A stretch of 32,170 bases of DNA from a virus (lineage: Duplodnaviria; Caudoviricetes), in IMG/VR virus record IMGVR_UViG_3300025160_000016, positions 1 to 32,170 of that record; one strand, 5' to 3'. The notes beneath the pieces are model-generated. The model had not been told where the DNA came from, made no database searches, and saw only the letters and a program-made list of their open reading frames with translations. Positions 1 through 8,469 of this stretch are shown here, piece by piece. Within the stretch, counting starts at the first letter, position 1. Every line of letters begins with the position of its first letter. The translations under genes were made by a program, and so were the position numbers.

Positions 1-2
1 CT

Positions 3-1061
3 ATCCAACACGATCATCCCGTTGTCCCGCAAATCCTTGAGTACAAAGAGTTTAGCAAACTACGGGGGACGTATGTCACTCCAATGCCCAAGTTGGCCCG
101 AAGCATGGGTGATGGTACTTGGAGAATGTTCCCTCACTTCTCAACTACCAGAGTACCCAGTGGTAGATTAAGTTGTAGAGACCCTAACCTACTCGCTATG
201 CCTACCCGAACTGAACGAGGGAAGGACATACGCCGGGGATTCATAGCTCCTCAAGGTTGGAAGATAGTCTCTGTAGATTATTCCCAGATTGAGCCTCGAA
301 TCACGGCGCACCGTAGTCAGGATGAGAACCTATTGCGGGTGTACAGGAACAAAGAGGACATTTATAGTGACTTCGCCATAGCTGCTTTTAAGATCAAGGA
401 TGAGCGATTCCAGGACAAGAATGGCAAGTGGCAATACCCTGGCGTTCACGCTATGGAGCATAGGTATCCCGCTAAGACTTGTGTGCTGGCTACCTTCTAC
501 CGAGTGACAGCTAAGGGGCTATTAGAACAGATGCCGGTGGTATGTGCCAACTGCAACAAAGAGGCTACCCTGCATGACTGCGGTAGATTCCGGTCCCTAT
601 GGACTGAGGATAAGTGTCAAGGTCTCATTAACACATTTTTCCTGAGATACCCCGGCGTACTCAAGATGTGGTCTGAGGATGATAAGAGAGCTAGGCGGAA
701 CGGGTATCTATGGGATATGTGGGGCCGCATTCTGCATACGGCGGCTGTGAGGAGTGTACTACCGTGGGTAGTGCAGGCAGCACTTAGGGAAGCAGGCAAC
801 TTCCCTATCCAGTCTGGGGCGCAGGGATGCTTGAAACTTAGTATGGCGGCGGTACAGGATGATCTGATAGCAGCAGGGTTGTTGGAAATAATACGGCCTT
901 TGTTGCAGGTACATGATGAGCTTCTATTCCTATGCCGGGATGACTTGGTTGAGGATTGTGGGGCTATCACAGCCTACAGATTTGAGAATCTAGTGCCACT
1001 GAGTATTCCGGTCAAGGCCGGGGTAGCTGTGGCACAGAACTGGGGGGATTTGGAGAAATGA
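3..1061 (+). CDS. polA: Family A DNA polymerase, C-terminal part (5' end lies outside the window)
   Basis: Frame is open from base 3 (IQHDHPVVPQILEYKEFSKLRGTYV). Motifs: SGRLSCRDPNL, motif A DYSQIEPR, motif B RYPAKTCVLATFY, NFPIQSGA, motif C QVHDELLF. Confidence 0.95.
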   Translation: MQHDHPVVPQILEYKEFSKLRGTYVTPMPKLARSMGDGTWRMFPHFSTTRVPSGRLSCRDPNLLAMPTRTERGKDIRRGFIAPQGWKIVSVDYSQIEPRITAHRSQDENLLRVYRNKEDIYSDFAIAAFKIKDERFQDKNGKWQYPGVHAMEHRYPAKTCVLATFYRVTAKGLLEQMPVVCANCNKEATLHDCGRFRSLWTEDKCQGLINTFFLRYPGVLKMWSEDDKRARRNGYLWDMWGRILHTAAVRSVLPWVVQAALREAGNFPIQSGAQGCLKLSMAAVQDDLIAAGLLEIIRPLLQVHDELLFLCRDDLVEDCGAITAYRFENLVPLSIPVKAGVAVAQNWGDLEK

Positions 1062-1222
1062 AGAATACTAAGGTAGTGGAGATAGCTGTTGAAGTTACCG
1101 ATGCCCAACTGAAAAGGCTTTTGGCTTTCCTGAAAATGAGTCGTATTCCACGGTATGTGGAACCTACTAATCCAGCCTTCACTTGCCTTGAGGATGTGGA
1201 GTGTGCCTGTGAGGGCAAATAA
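1058..1222 (+). CDS. Small hypothetical protein (54 aa, MKNTKVVEIAVEV...), below the ORF-track cutoff
   Basis: ATGA overlap with the polA stop, GGAG upstream, TAA at 1220-1222. Confidence 0.6.
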   Translation: MKNTKVVEIAVEVTDAQLKRLLAFLKMSRIPRYVEPTNPAFTCLEDVECACEGK

Positions 1223-1235
1223 CGTAACCGTTACA
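1223..1235. repeat. Dispersed palindrome copy 1 (CGTAACCGTTACA)
   Basis: Directly after a stop codon and 13 bp upstream of TTGACA at 1249. Confidence 0.95.
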
Positions 1236-1248
1236 CCAAAAATAAGAC

Positions 1249-1277
1249 TTGACAAGGCTTGTTCCGTTTGATAGTAT
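1249..1277 (+). promoter_or_regulatory. Sigma70-type promoter
   Basis: TTGACA (1249-1254), 17 bp spacer, TGn-TAGTAT (1272-1277), then AGGAGG RBS and ATG at 1299. Confidence 0.75.
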
Positions 1278-1298
1278 TATAACAGTAGGAGGTAAGTC

Positions 1299-1766
1299 AT
1301 GGCAAAACAACTAGTTAGCTCTAACATGAAAGCGGAGTCTAAGACTCTAAAGGACCGTCTCAATAAGGCCACTCAGCAGTCCAAGCCAAATCTGATGCCA
1401 CAAGACCCACCACCCCCGCCTCAGAAAGAAGAGGAGGAACCCATACCTGACATGACTGAGGTAGTCTATGACAAGGCTGACCAGATGAGACTACAGAGCC
1501 TAGTAGGAGACTATCTGGTGTGGCAGAGCGCGGCTAAGGAAGCTGGGGACGAGAAAGACAAGATTTCAGCACAGATCAAACAGATCGTAGGGACTTACGA
1601 GTTATCCAAGCTCACAGTCAACGGTAATTTGGTGAACTACTTTGATAGTCCCCGTAAGACTATCAAAGCTGAGTTGCTACTACAGCATAACGTGAGTCCC
1701 CGAGTGATTCAGGAGTGTACACAGGTAACGCATTCTTATACTCTGCGTATCACTAAACAGGGTTAG
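1299..1766 (+). CDS. Hypothetical protein (155 aa)
   Basis: AGGAGG RBS downstream of a promoter; Pro/Glu-rich linker and a helical C-terminal half. Confidence 0.8.
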   Translation: MAKQLVSSNMKAESKTLKDRLNKATQQSKPNLMPQDPPPPPQKEEEEPIPDMTEVVYDKADQMRLQSLVGDYLVWQSAAKEAGDEKDKISAQIKQIVGTYELSKLTVNGNLVNYFDSPRKTIKAELLLQHNVSPRVIQECTQVTHSYTLRITKQG

Positions 1767-1902
1767 ACGAAATCATCACGCTGCGTTGTGTCCAGTCAGC
1801 GATGAACGCCGCCGATCCTCAGATGCACCAACGGTATGTAGAGGGAACCGCAACTCTACGCCAAATCTGATGCGGAAGGGGTCGGCGGCTGATTAAGGAG
1901 GG

Positions 1903-2094
1903 GTGATGGACGAGAAGCGGATCAAGGAATTGCTGGAATTGTGCGAGAAGGCTACGCCTCTTACACACCAGGAGCAGGTTCAAGGGAATTGGTGCACAAT
2001 CTCCGAGCGAGAGTATCTGCTGCATATAGAAGCCCGCACCGCCTTCCCTGAAGCCCTGCGGGAGATCGAGCGGCTGCGGAAGGAGTCCCAATGA
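1903..2094 (+). CDS. Small hypothetical phage protein
   Basis: AAGGAGG RBS; ends in a helical ALREIERLR segment; ATGA coupling to the next gene. Confidence 0.7.
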   Translation: MMDEKRIKELLELCEKATPLTHQEQVQGNWCTISEREYLLHIEARTAFPEALREIERLRKESQ

Positions 2095-2288
2095 GTGAAC
2101 CGCGATTACAAATAGGGGAAGTTTGCACTTGTGGGCCAAACGAGTGTGCTCACTTTATGGAGCCGCCGAGTAAGTGCGTTTATCGTTTTCCTGGAGCACA
2201 CCTCACACCTTGCTCCTGTACGACCGAGGCGACCTGGCACGATGCACACGGGAAGTGTCTTGCCTGTGGAAAGGAACCCGATGCCTAG
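2091..2288 (+). CDS. Small Cys/His-rich hypothetical protein
   Basis: AAGGAG RBS; CTC, CSC and CLAC motifs; overlaps both neighbours. Confidence 0.6.
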   Translation: MSEPRLQIGEVCTCGPNECAHFMEPPSKCVYRFPGAHLTPCSCTTEATWHDAHGKCLACGKEPDA

Positions 2289-2472
2289 AGAGGATGAACG
2301 TTGTCAAGATTGTGGAAGTGGGGCGCATCTTTATTGTGAAGAAGAACCAACCAAGCCGTGCCTGCGATGTAAGGGGCATGGGACAATTCAGCGGCATAGT
2401 GTGAAATGCCCGGACTGCAAAGGAACCGGGCGCGTTCCAGCGAAAGCTCAACCAGAGCAGAAAGGTGGGTGA
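2281..2472 (+). CDS. Small DnaJ-type zinc-finger protein
   Basis: CQDCGSG, CLRCKGHG and CPDCKGTG (CxxCxGxG repeats); AAGGA before ATG 2281. Confidence 0.65.
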   Translation: MPREDERCQDCGSGAHLYCEEEPTKPCLRCKGHGTIQRHSVKCPDCKGTGRVPAKAQPEQKGG

Positions 2473-2644
2473 TTGCGAATTGCAGGAGTACAGGATTATC
2501 AGGTTACGTGATGGCAAGAAGATGGCGGAAGGAGCAAGGGTGTTGGCAATCAGTGTTGCCGACGCATTAGTTAAAGCCAAGCAACTTTTCAGTGAGCCTG
2601 AATGCGCTGGGGATACCTACGAAGTAGAAGAGGATTTTGCATAA
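2465..2644 (+). CDS. Small hypothetical protein (59 aa, MGDCELQEYRIIRL...)
   Basis: GTG start overlapping the previous gene, open to TAA 2642-2644; fills the gap between neighbours. Confidence 0.5.
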   Translation: MGDCELQEYRIIRLRDGKKMAEGARVLAISVADALVKAKQLFSEPECAGDTYEVEEDFA

Positions 2645-2664
2645 CCAGCGAAGGGAGAGTCGAA

Positions 2665-3354
2665 ATGAGTTACAAATTGGATGAACTAACGTCCGATGAG
2701 TTATCTTTGTTGGCGGAATCCTCAAAAGAAGAATTGATTAAGTGGGGCACCAAATGGCGAGAGGTAGTAGCCGCCTTGCTACGTGAGCGGGAGCCTCTTG
2801 CTACTGGCATCCGACGCGTGACTTGCACGGTCGGGATCACGCACATGCATACAGAGGAGGGCCACTGTGCCGAGTTGCTGTGCCCTGATGACGTGAGGCG
2901 AGAGCGGGACGAGTTGAAAGCCGAGAGGGACCGCTTGCAACGGGCTATAGGTGAACATACGGTACGGACGACGAAAGTCTTGGAATCTGCTATTGCTGAG
3001 AAAGACGCCCTCCAAGCCGCACACGACGAGTTGAAAAGATGGCTTTCTATGACTTCCGGGGTAGCTTCCGATTACCTCAGCAATGGAAAATGGGAGCACC
3101 CAACCGAGATAAACGCCCAGACCAGGATGGTTGATGAGTTGATTGATGATCTTCGAGATGAAATCCTTGGTCTGTACAAGGCTCTTCGGTCGCACATGGA
3201 TAAGTGCAAGAACTTGTCGAAGGAGCGGGATGAGTTACGGTTTGAGCTAGATCAATTAAATCGCGTCTCCGCGATTACCATGCACTGTTCCACTGAAGCG
3301 GGAATGGCGAAAAAGTTGGAAGCGAGGCTTGGTGATGATCCGAGTCATATTTGA
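2665..3354 (+). CDS. Coiled-coil hypothetical protein
   Basis: GGGAGAG RBS before ATG 2665; repeated ERDELK/ERDRLQ/ERDELR heptads. Confidence 0.75.
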   Translation: MSYKLDELTSDELSLLAESSKEELIKWGTKWREVVAALLREREPLATGIRRVTCTVGITHMHTEEGHCAELLCPDDVRRERDELKAERDRLQRAIGEHTVRTTKVLESAIAEKDALQAAHDELKRWLSMTSGVASDYLSNGKWEHPTEINAQTRMVDELIDDLRDEILGLYKALRSHMDKCKNLSKERDELRFELDQLNRVSAITMHCSTEAGMAKKLEARLGDDPSHI

Positions 3355-3646
3355 GTCTGGTGAGGATATATACCTTGCTAAGGGTGAATCTCTACCCCTT
3401 ACCACTCCCGTATCTGTTGCAATCCCTGGAATGGCTTATGGCACACTGATACATCGTCTCCATATTGAAACTATATCAGGCACACCATTCCTAGTGAGAA
3501 ATCCAGGGGTATTTATGGCGAAGGGGTTTATTGTGGATCAGGGGCCATTACAGAATGGGCCAGTTGAGACCTATATATTCAACCTATCTAATCTCAACGT
3601 GCGAGTGAGCAAGGGCGAGTCCATAAGCTCCCTGATTGTACTGTAA
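3335..3646 (+). CDS. Degenerate dUTPase-fold protein
   Basis: C-terminus (YIFNLSNLNVRVSKGESISSLIV) resembles trimeric dUTPase motif IV; catalytic motifs are not recognisable. Confidence 0.5.
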   Translation: MIRVIFESGEDIYLAKGESLPLTTPVSVAIPGMAYGTLIHRLHIETISGTPFLVRNPGVFMAKGFIVDQGPLQNGPVETYIFNLSNLNVRVSKGESISSLIVL

Positions 3647-3654
3647 CGGTTACA
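3642..3654. repeat. Dispersed palindrome copy 2 (TGTAACGGTTACA)
   Basis: Contains the TAA stop of 3335..3646; symmetry extends to ACTGTAACGGTTACAGT. Confidence 0.95.
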
Positions 3655-3658
3655 GTTT

Positions 3659-3877
3659 ATGCTACTCCAAACAGTTCCTAATTTGCCTAAGTCCATTAGA
3701 GTCATGGCTTTATGCCTAGATTCTAACGGGTACTTTATGCTGGTCCAAGACTCCTGGGGGCAACGTACTGAGTGGGGTATAAGAGACGGGGTATCCGTAC
3801 CCCTGCCGGAGAAGGATATTTTGAACATAGCCAACTTCCATGTGAGATACAGCATGGGATGGTCGAGGAGGAACTAA
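3659..3877 (+). CDS. Hypothetical protein (72 aa)
   Basis: Fills the gap between co-oriented genes. Confidence 0.55.
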   Translation: MLLQTVPNLPKSIRVMALCLDSNGYFMLVQDSWGQRTEWGIRDGVSVPLPEKDILNIANFHVRYSMGWSRRN

Positions 3878-3879
3878 AA

Positions 3880-4323
3880 ATGCAATGGACAGATTGGGAT
3901 CGTGCAGTATTAGCACTTATGATGTGGCGCGAATATCGTAGCCTGGGTGTTGAGGGTATGAGACCTTGCGGCCATGTGGCGCACAACAGAGCCATACGGG
4001 ATAAGCAGCCTATTCATGTCATTATCACGCGGGATGCACAATTCAGCAGCATCAATCCCCCCAAGAAAACCTATGATCCTCAACTCGACGTATGGCCCCA
4101 ACAGCCAGACGTTAGGTTCGCTGAGGCTATGCAACTAGCCGAGGGTATCCTAACGGGAGCCTTAGAGGACAACACAGGAGGAGCCTTATTCTATTGGAAC
4201 CCAAAGTATGCTAAGGACGGGGGATGGTTCAGCCGGAACATAGCCTTTAGGGGCACTCCGTTAGAGCCAAGGAACGGCCATAAGGTAACTCTGGTATCGG
4301 GTGAGCATATCTTCTATACTTAG
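3880..4323 (+). CDS. SleB/CwlJ-type cell wall hydrolase (Hydrolase_2 family)
   Basis: GAGGAGG RBS before ATG 3880; LALMMWRE (catalytic Glu position), VAHNR, AQFS, DNTGGALFY, GEHIFY. Confidence 0.85.
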   Translation: MQWTDWDRAVLALMMWREYRSLGVEGMRPCGHVAHNRAIRDKQPIHVIITRDAQFSSINPPKKTYDPQLDVWPQQPDVRFAEAMQLAEGILTGALEDNTGGALFYWNPKYAKDGGWFSRNIAFRGTPLEPRNGHKVTLVSGEHIFYT

Positions 4324-4328
4324 GTGAG

Positions 4329-4360
4329 AGGGGGCTAAGTAGGCGAGTACCTAACCCCCT
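4329..4360. terminator. Imperfect hairpin between convergent transcription blocks
   Basis: AGGGGG...CCCCCT stem between the hydrolase and parB-like 3' ends. Confidence 0.4.
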
Positions 4361-4382
4361 TGAAAGGTGGGATCACTGGCAG

Positions 4383-5714
4383 TTACTTCTTTTTTGGTGT
4401 GACCTTTGGCGGGTCTTTCTTCCCCTCTCCTTTCTTGTTATTATTCGGCCTCTCTGGAAACCCCTCCGATTTCTCACCAACGGCCTCTTGAAGCTCCCTG
4501 TAGCACATCCTGGCACTCGTCAGGTTCGTGACCAGCCTGATTAGAGCCTTACCTATGAGGGCCACCTTTGGCGTAGCACCGGGAGCCATGAATAAGTAGA
4601 TAGCTTCCTTGATCTGAGTGGGGTTCATGCCCTTGTTCTTGTTGACCGAGCTACCTTCCTTGTCTGCCGCTTTGGAGATTGCCGCCGGGCTAACCGGCTT
4701 CGCGGCCTTCTCTTCCCGCGCCTTAGTCAGCTTCTCAGCTATCTCCCGTGCATGATCCGCTGCCTTGGTAGCCTTCTCTTTCAACTTACGCTCGTCACTC
4801 TGGGCGGTTTCCAGAGCCTTCTTCGCGGCAAGAGCTTCAGCCTGCTTTGCTCGAAACTCCTTAGCCGCCGCCTCTTTCTCTTCCTTGGTAGACTTCGACG
4901 GCATCTTGGTCTGAGTTTCATACGCCGCCGCCGCCGCTTCCGTGGCCGTTTTGTAGGTATCCTCTGTGACCTTGAGAACTTCCATAGCCTTGGTCAACTC
5001 CGAGGTGGCAGTCTCAGCCTTGACCTTGGCTTCCTCTTCCTTTTTGACAGAGGCAAGGTATTCGGCCTCTATCTTACCCTCAAATGCAGTCTCCTCTGCC
5101 GTTTCCTTGACCGCCCGCGCTAGGATCGGCTCCCACTTGTCCTCTGGTTCGCGGGTGAGGAAGTAAGCCGCCTTGACTCCAAGCTCCCCACTGTGAATCA
5201 TGTTCTGGATTTTCTTGGGGAAGTTTAGGAAACTCATACGCATATTGAGGAAAGAGTTGGTTGCAGGTTCCTTCAAACCGGGGCGGGTGAATATCTCTCT
5301 GATTTCCATGCGTGTCAGACCTTCACCCAAGAGTTGTGTAATAGCCACGGCCTCATCCATCGGACTCATGTTCTCGCGCTCGGTGTTCTCAGACAACTGC
5401 CGCCGGAGACGTTCAATCCCCGCAGATTGTACGATGATGGCCGGGATAGTCAACCCCGCACCATCCCTGTTTAGCCTAGTCACAGCCGCATGACGGTAGT
5501 TACCAGAGGTTAGGCTGTAGGTTCCATTCTTGATCGGTTCCACTTCAACCGGGACGATGACCCCGCCTTTCTCTGCAATGTCAGCGGCCAAAGAATCAAT
5601 TCGGGACTGCTTCAACCCGAACCGAATGTTACTATCTGCCACAATCTGCTCCGGCTTCAAATGAAGCAGGACACCAAGATCGGCAGTCTTGCTCGTCTGT
5701 GTTTTGTTTGCCAT
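4383..5714 (-). CDS. ParB/Spo0J/KorB-family DNA-binding protein with a long Ala/Lys/Glu-rich C-terminal coiled coil
   Basis: ParB N-domain signature: NIR, LAADIAEKGGVIVPVEV, GNYRHAA (GxxR), ENTERENMSPMDEA, then an HTH-like segment; AAGGAG RBS. Confidence 0.85.
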   Translation of the reverse strand: MANKTQTSKTADLGVLLHLKPEQIVADSNIRFGLKQSRIDSLAADIAEKGGVIVPVEVEPIKNGTYSLTSGNYRHAAVTRLNRDGAGLTIPAIIVQSAGIERLRRQLSENTERENMSPMDEAVAITQLLGEGLTRMEIREIFTRPGLKEPATNSFLNMRMSFLNFPKKIQNMIHSGELGVKAAYFLTREPEDKWEPILARAVKETAEETAFEGKIEAEYLASVKKEEEAKVKAETATSELTKAMEVLKVTEDTYKTATEAAAAAYETQTKMPSKSTKEEKEAAAKEFRAKQAEALAAKKALETAQSDERKLKEKATKAADHAREIAEKLTKAREEKAAKPVSPAAISKAADKEGSSVNKNKGMNPTQIKEAIYLFMAPGATPKVALIGKALIRLVTNLTSARMCYRELQEAVGEKSEGFPERPNNNKKGEGKKDPPKVTPKKK

Positions 5715-5731
5715 TGTCTGTGCTTGTCTCC

Positions 5732-5935
5732 TTATCTGTGAATTTCAGCCTTACATGATTGCGCTAACTCTGCGGCAAGAATCGCGCAGCCGGGGATAGA
5801 TACGACATGCGGAAACATCGTTCCTTTGACACCTTCCGCATGAACCCGTTTCTTCTTCGCATACTGTTTCCTAGTCAACTTCCCCCGGCGCAAGTTGAAC
5901 TGCCCACATAGGCATTCATAACCTCGCTTTGCCAT
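5732..5935 (-). CDS. Small basic Cys-containing hypothetical protein
   Basis: AAGGAGG RBS before ATG 5935; lies between a promoter and the parB-like gene. Confidence 0.7.
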   Translation of the reverse strand: MAKRGYECLCGQFNLRRGKLTRKQYAKKKRVHAEGVKGTMFPHVVSIPGCAILAAELAQSCKAEIHR

Positions 5936-5951
5936 TGACTCTTTCCTCCTT

Positions 5952-6260
5952 TCAGCTAACATCTGAGAGTTTAGATACTCTCCGAAACCATGTCAACAAA
6001 AATCCAGGTACTAGCAGTCTCATTCTGCTAGGGCTAGGAATAGTACCACAATCCCTAGTGGGAGCTATCAAATCGGCCACAACTGCATACCGTCCAGGTG
6101 TAACGGTTACGGTTTTCCTGAGTGCTGGGAGCAGTTTTGCAAGGGGCTGCACAGCGGAACTGCCACAATGCTCGCACCTATACTTATTCTGTAAGTCACT
6201 GAAAGCGCAGATGTTATCACAATTGGCGCATAGCAGAGCTTGGTTAAGGGGGATGTTCAT
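5952..6260 (-). CDS. Zn-ribbon hypothetical protein
   Basis: GGGAGG RBS; CANC...CEHCGS. Confidence 0.65.
   Translation of the reverse strand: MNIPLNQALLCANCDNICAFSDLQNKYRCEHCGSSAVQPLAKLLPALRKTVTVTPGRYAVVADLIAPTRDCGTIPSPSRMRLLVPGFLLTWFRRVSKLSDVS
5968..5996 (-). promoter_or_regulatory. Sigma70-type promoter for 5935 and the parB-like gene
   Basis: Minus strand TTGACA (5996-5991), 17 bp spacer, TAAACT (5973-5968). Confidence 0.7.
6099..6111. repeat. Dispersed palindrome copy 3 (TGTAACGGTTACG)
   Basis: Reads VTVT in 5952..6260; about 100 bp upstream of the parB-operon promoter. Confidence 0.95.
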
Positions 6261-6434
6261 TGGTCCCTCCCAGCTATTCTGGTTATGACTTCACACGAAC
6301 CGCGAGATACAGCAAATCGGAGAACTGCAATAGGATTCTAAGTCTGTGCGGGTTGTTGTCCTAGCGGTAATCAAATCTTCCACTTCACTTAATGTTAGAG
6401 CGGCATATTGTTTCATGGATTAAGCCCCCCTTCC

Positions 6435-6656
6435 CTATTGCCTTGTGGCAGCAATTATCTTCCTCGCCGTATCTACCTCAGAAGATGAATGGCAGATAAG
6501 GTATTGGGGTTCCTCCCCCACTACTTTATGAAAGGTGTCACAGGCAGTGTTCCAGTCCTCTCGGTTCCATTGTGTTCTGCCCTCACGCCTCATCCGCCTA
6601 TTCGCCTCATCCTGTGCGGCGGCTATGGCTAGTTTGTAACTGAGTTTGATCTTCAT
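6435..6656 (-). CDS. Hypothetical early protein
   Basis: GGAGG RBS; ATGA coupling to the upstream gene. Confidence 0.7.
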   Translation of the reverse strand: MKIKLSYKLAIAAAQDEANRRMRREGRTQWNREDWNTACDTFHKVVGEEPQYLICHSSSEVDTARKIIAATRQ

Positions 6657-6883
6657 TCTCCCTCCATAAACCTAAACCCATCCCGCAGTTTCTCACTGAG
6701 TCTGCTACTCCTATTCCGTCCTCCTTTGGAGTGGTAGGTTCTCTCAACAGCGTTAGATTCTGCCGCCCGCTTACCATAAGCAGAACGGCATTCGGCGCAG
6801 AATTTAGCCCCGGTGTCTAACTCATTCTTACACCCGTTGGTGAGGCAGTGAGTCAGGTCAACCCGCCTAGGTAGATTGTCCAT
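6653..6883 (-). CDS. Small Zn-finger-like early protein
   Basis: CLTNGC...FCAEC; GGAGG RBS. Confidence 0.7.
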   Translation of the reverse strand: MDNLPRRVDLTHCLTNGCKNELDTGAKFCAECRSAYGKRAAESNAVERTYHSKGGRNRSSRLSEKLRDGFRFMEGE

Positions 6884-7097
6884 TTACTCCTCCCTCCTGA
6901 TAAACATCATCCCATACTTTGAGGAACATTTCAAAGGGCAATCGTGCTTGCAAGACCCACTTCCCATTTACCCTCTTATCCATTACCACCGATGATCCTA
7001 CCCATAAACGTACTTCTTTACTCCGTGAGTAGAAGTGGCCTAACTCCCCTAAGGTGTATCCCCCGTTCTGTATTCTTGACAGAACTTGCTGTTTCAT
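6867..7097 (-). CDS. Hypothetical early protein
   Basis: Coupled to its neighbours; GGGGAG RBS. Confidence 0.65.
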   Translation of the reverse strand: MKQQVLSRIQNGGYTLGELGHFYSRSKEVRLWVGSSVVMDKRVNGKWVLQARLPFEMFLKVWDDVYQEGGVNGQST

Positions 7098-7276
7098 TGC
7101 TCCCCCCTCACGGGTGCGAGCTCCATGACGTTGTAGGTTTCCTTCATCATGTCAATGCAGATTTTCACACCCATTAGGGCAGCATCCTTTTCAAGCTGAG
7201 AGGGCATCCACTCTATGAGAGTGTCAATAGCCTTTCTCATTCTCTGGTTGGTTCGTTCCTTATATTCATTATCCAC
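7094..7276 (-). CDS. Hypothetical early protein
   Basis: GTG start after AAGGAG; overlaps both neighbours. Confidence 0.6.
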   Translation of the reverse strand: MDNEYKERTNQRMRKAIDTLIEWMPSQLEKDAALMGVKICIDMMKETYNVMELAPVRGEQ

Positions 7277-8150
7277 TGATTCTCTCCTTCAAATCTGAAA
7301 TTAGACTCTGTAGGTTCCTGTACTCTGTCCTATCTTGTAAGAACTTTTGTTGAGCTTCCCTGTGCCTAACCTTCCAATCTCCAGACAATGTAGGCTTTGG
7401 GTCATAAGGCTTCCTGCGCCCAGTCATAGCGAAGAAAGCTCTACCGCCTCCACCATATATCTGAAACTGTTTCTGAGTGTGTTTGAACTCCGGCCGTCTG
7501 CCTACTATTCGCTCGAACTCAGCATAGAACATAGCCCATGTTAAGCGTTCTTGTCTGGCCCCGGCTAGGTACTGCTTATAGCTAGGGTGTCGAGGTTTAT
7601 CCTTACGGGCTAGAAGCCTAGATAACCCTTTTCGTATGTGCTTCTCCCCCTTCCACTTAGCCCATTCCTCCATAGTCACACCGTAACCGTCACACTTTTG
7701 GAGCATAGGATTCACTGGGAATTGAGGCTCCTGCTTGCCGAAGCTCTTTCTCATTTCACGCTCTAGCTTTCTTAGATGGTCTAGGAGCTTACCTGTACCA
7801 TTGCGGTTAGCTGCCTTACGGGTATGGTTCTTACGCTGTGACTCAGCCCACTTATTCACTACGCCTCTGATATGCCCCTCTTGCAAGCCTTGTTCTACTC
7901 TACCCCCGTAAGAGCTATAGGCGCCGGTGTATTTCTTGTCTTTACGTAGGTCCGTAACGTTGTAGACAACCTTATCCCCAGAGAATAACCTAACTCCACG
8001 CTCAGTTAGGACCGCTTCTAAAGTGGGAGCTTCCAAGGCAGCTAGTAAATGGACTCTCGATAGAATCAGCTTACTACCATCCTCGAATGGGACACCTATG
8101 ATCGGGCACTTGGCCCTAGCTGCTATCTCTAGTTGAAGTATTAGCTCCAT
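7269..8150 (-). CDS. Basic hypothetical protein (293 aa)
   Basis: Long ORF with a GAGG RBS in the coupled minus-strand array. Confidence 0.8.
   Translation of the reverse strand: MELILQLEIAARAKCPIIGVPFEDGSKLILSRVHLLAALEAPTLEAVLTERGVRLFSGDKVVYNVTDLRKDKKYTGAYSSYGGRVEQGLQEGHIRGVVNKWAESQRKNHTRKAANRNGTGKLLDHLRKLEREMRKSFGKQEPQFPVNPMLQKCDGYGVTMEEWAKWKGEKHIRKGLSRLLARKDKPRHPSYKQYLAGARQERLTWAMFYAEFERIVGRRPEFKHTQKQFQIYGGGGRAFFAMTGRRKPYDPKPTLSGDWKVRHREAQQKFLQDRTEYRNLQSLISDLKERISG
7682..7694. repeat. Degenerate palindrome copy (CGTAACCGTCACA, one core mismatch)
   Basis: Followed by CTTT, like several perfect copies. Confidence 0.5.
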
Positions 8151-8464
8151 CTTCCTCTAGCTCCTCTATTCTCTGATACCGTAGTAGATTCCAAATTGTC
8201 TGGCCTATTGTTTGTGGGGTTCTTATCGTTATGATCTACGTCTGCCCCGGCTATGTCCTGTCCAAAGGTCTCAGCTACTAGCCTATGGACGTACTCTATA
8301 ATACGAGTACCAGACTTCCACCTACCCTCTCCCGTCCACCAATCCACGGCCCTATAGGTTACGCCATCAGCCCCACCCCGCTTCCAACCTTTGCGCTCTA
8401 GGAACACTCTCCCGTCAGAGCTACAGATGATGTTGGGATAGCGGGGGTGTTGGCGTAACTCCAT
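8141..8464 (-). CDS. HNH homing-type endonuclease (HNH_3-like)
   Basis: SSDGRV, YVHRLVAETF, VDHNDKNPTNNRPDNLESTTVSEN. Confidence 0.85.
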   Translation of the reverse strand: MELRQHPRYPNIICSSDGRVFLERKGWKRGGADGVTYRAVDWWTGEGRWKSGTRIIEYVHRLVAETFGQDIAGADVDHNDKNPTNNRPDNLESTTVSENRGARGRWS

Positions 8465-8469
8465 TGTAA

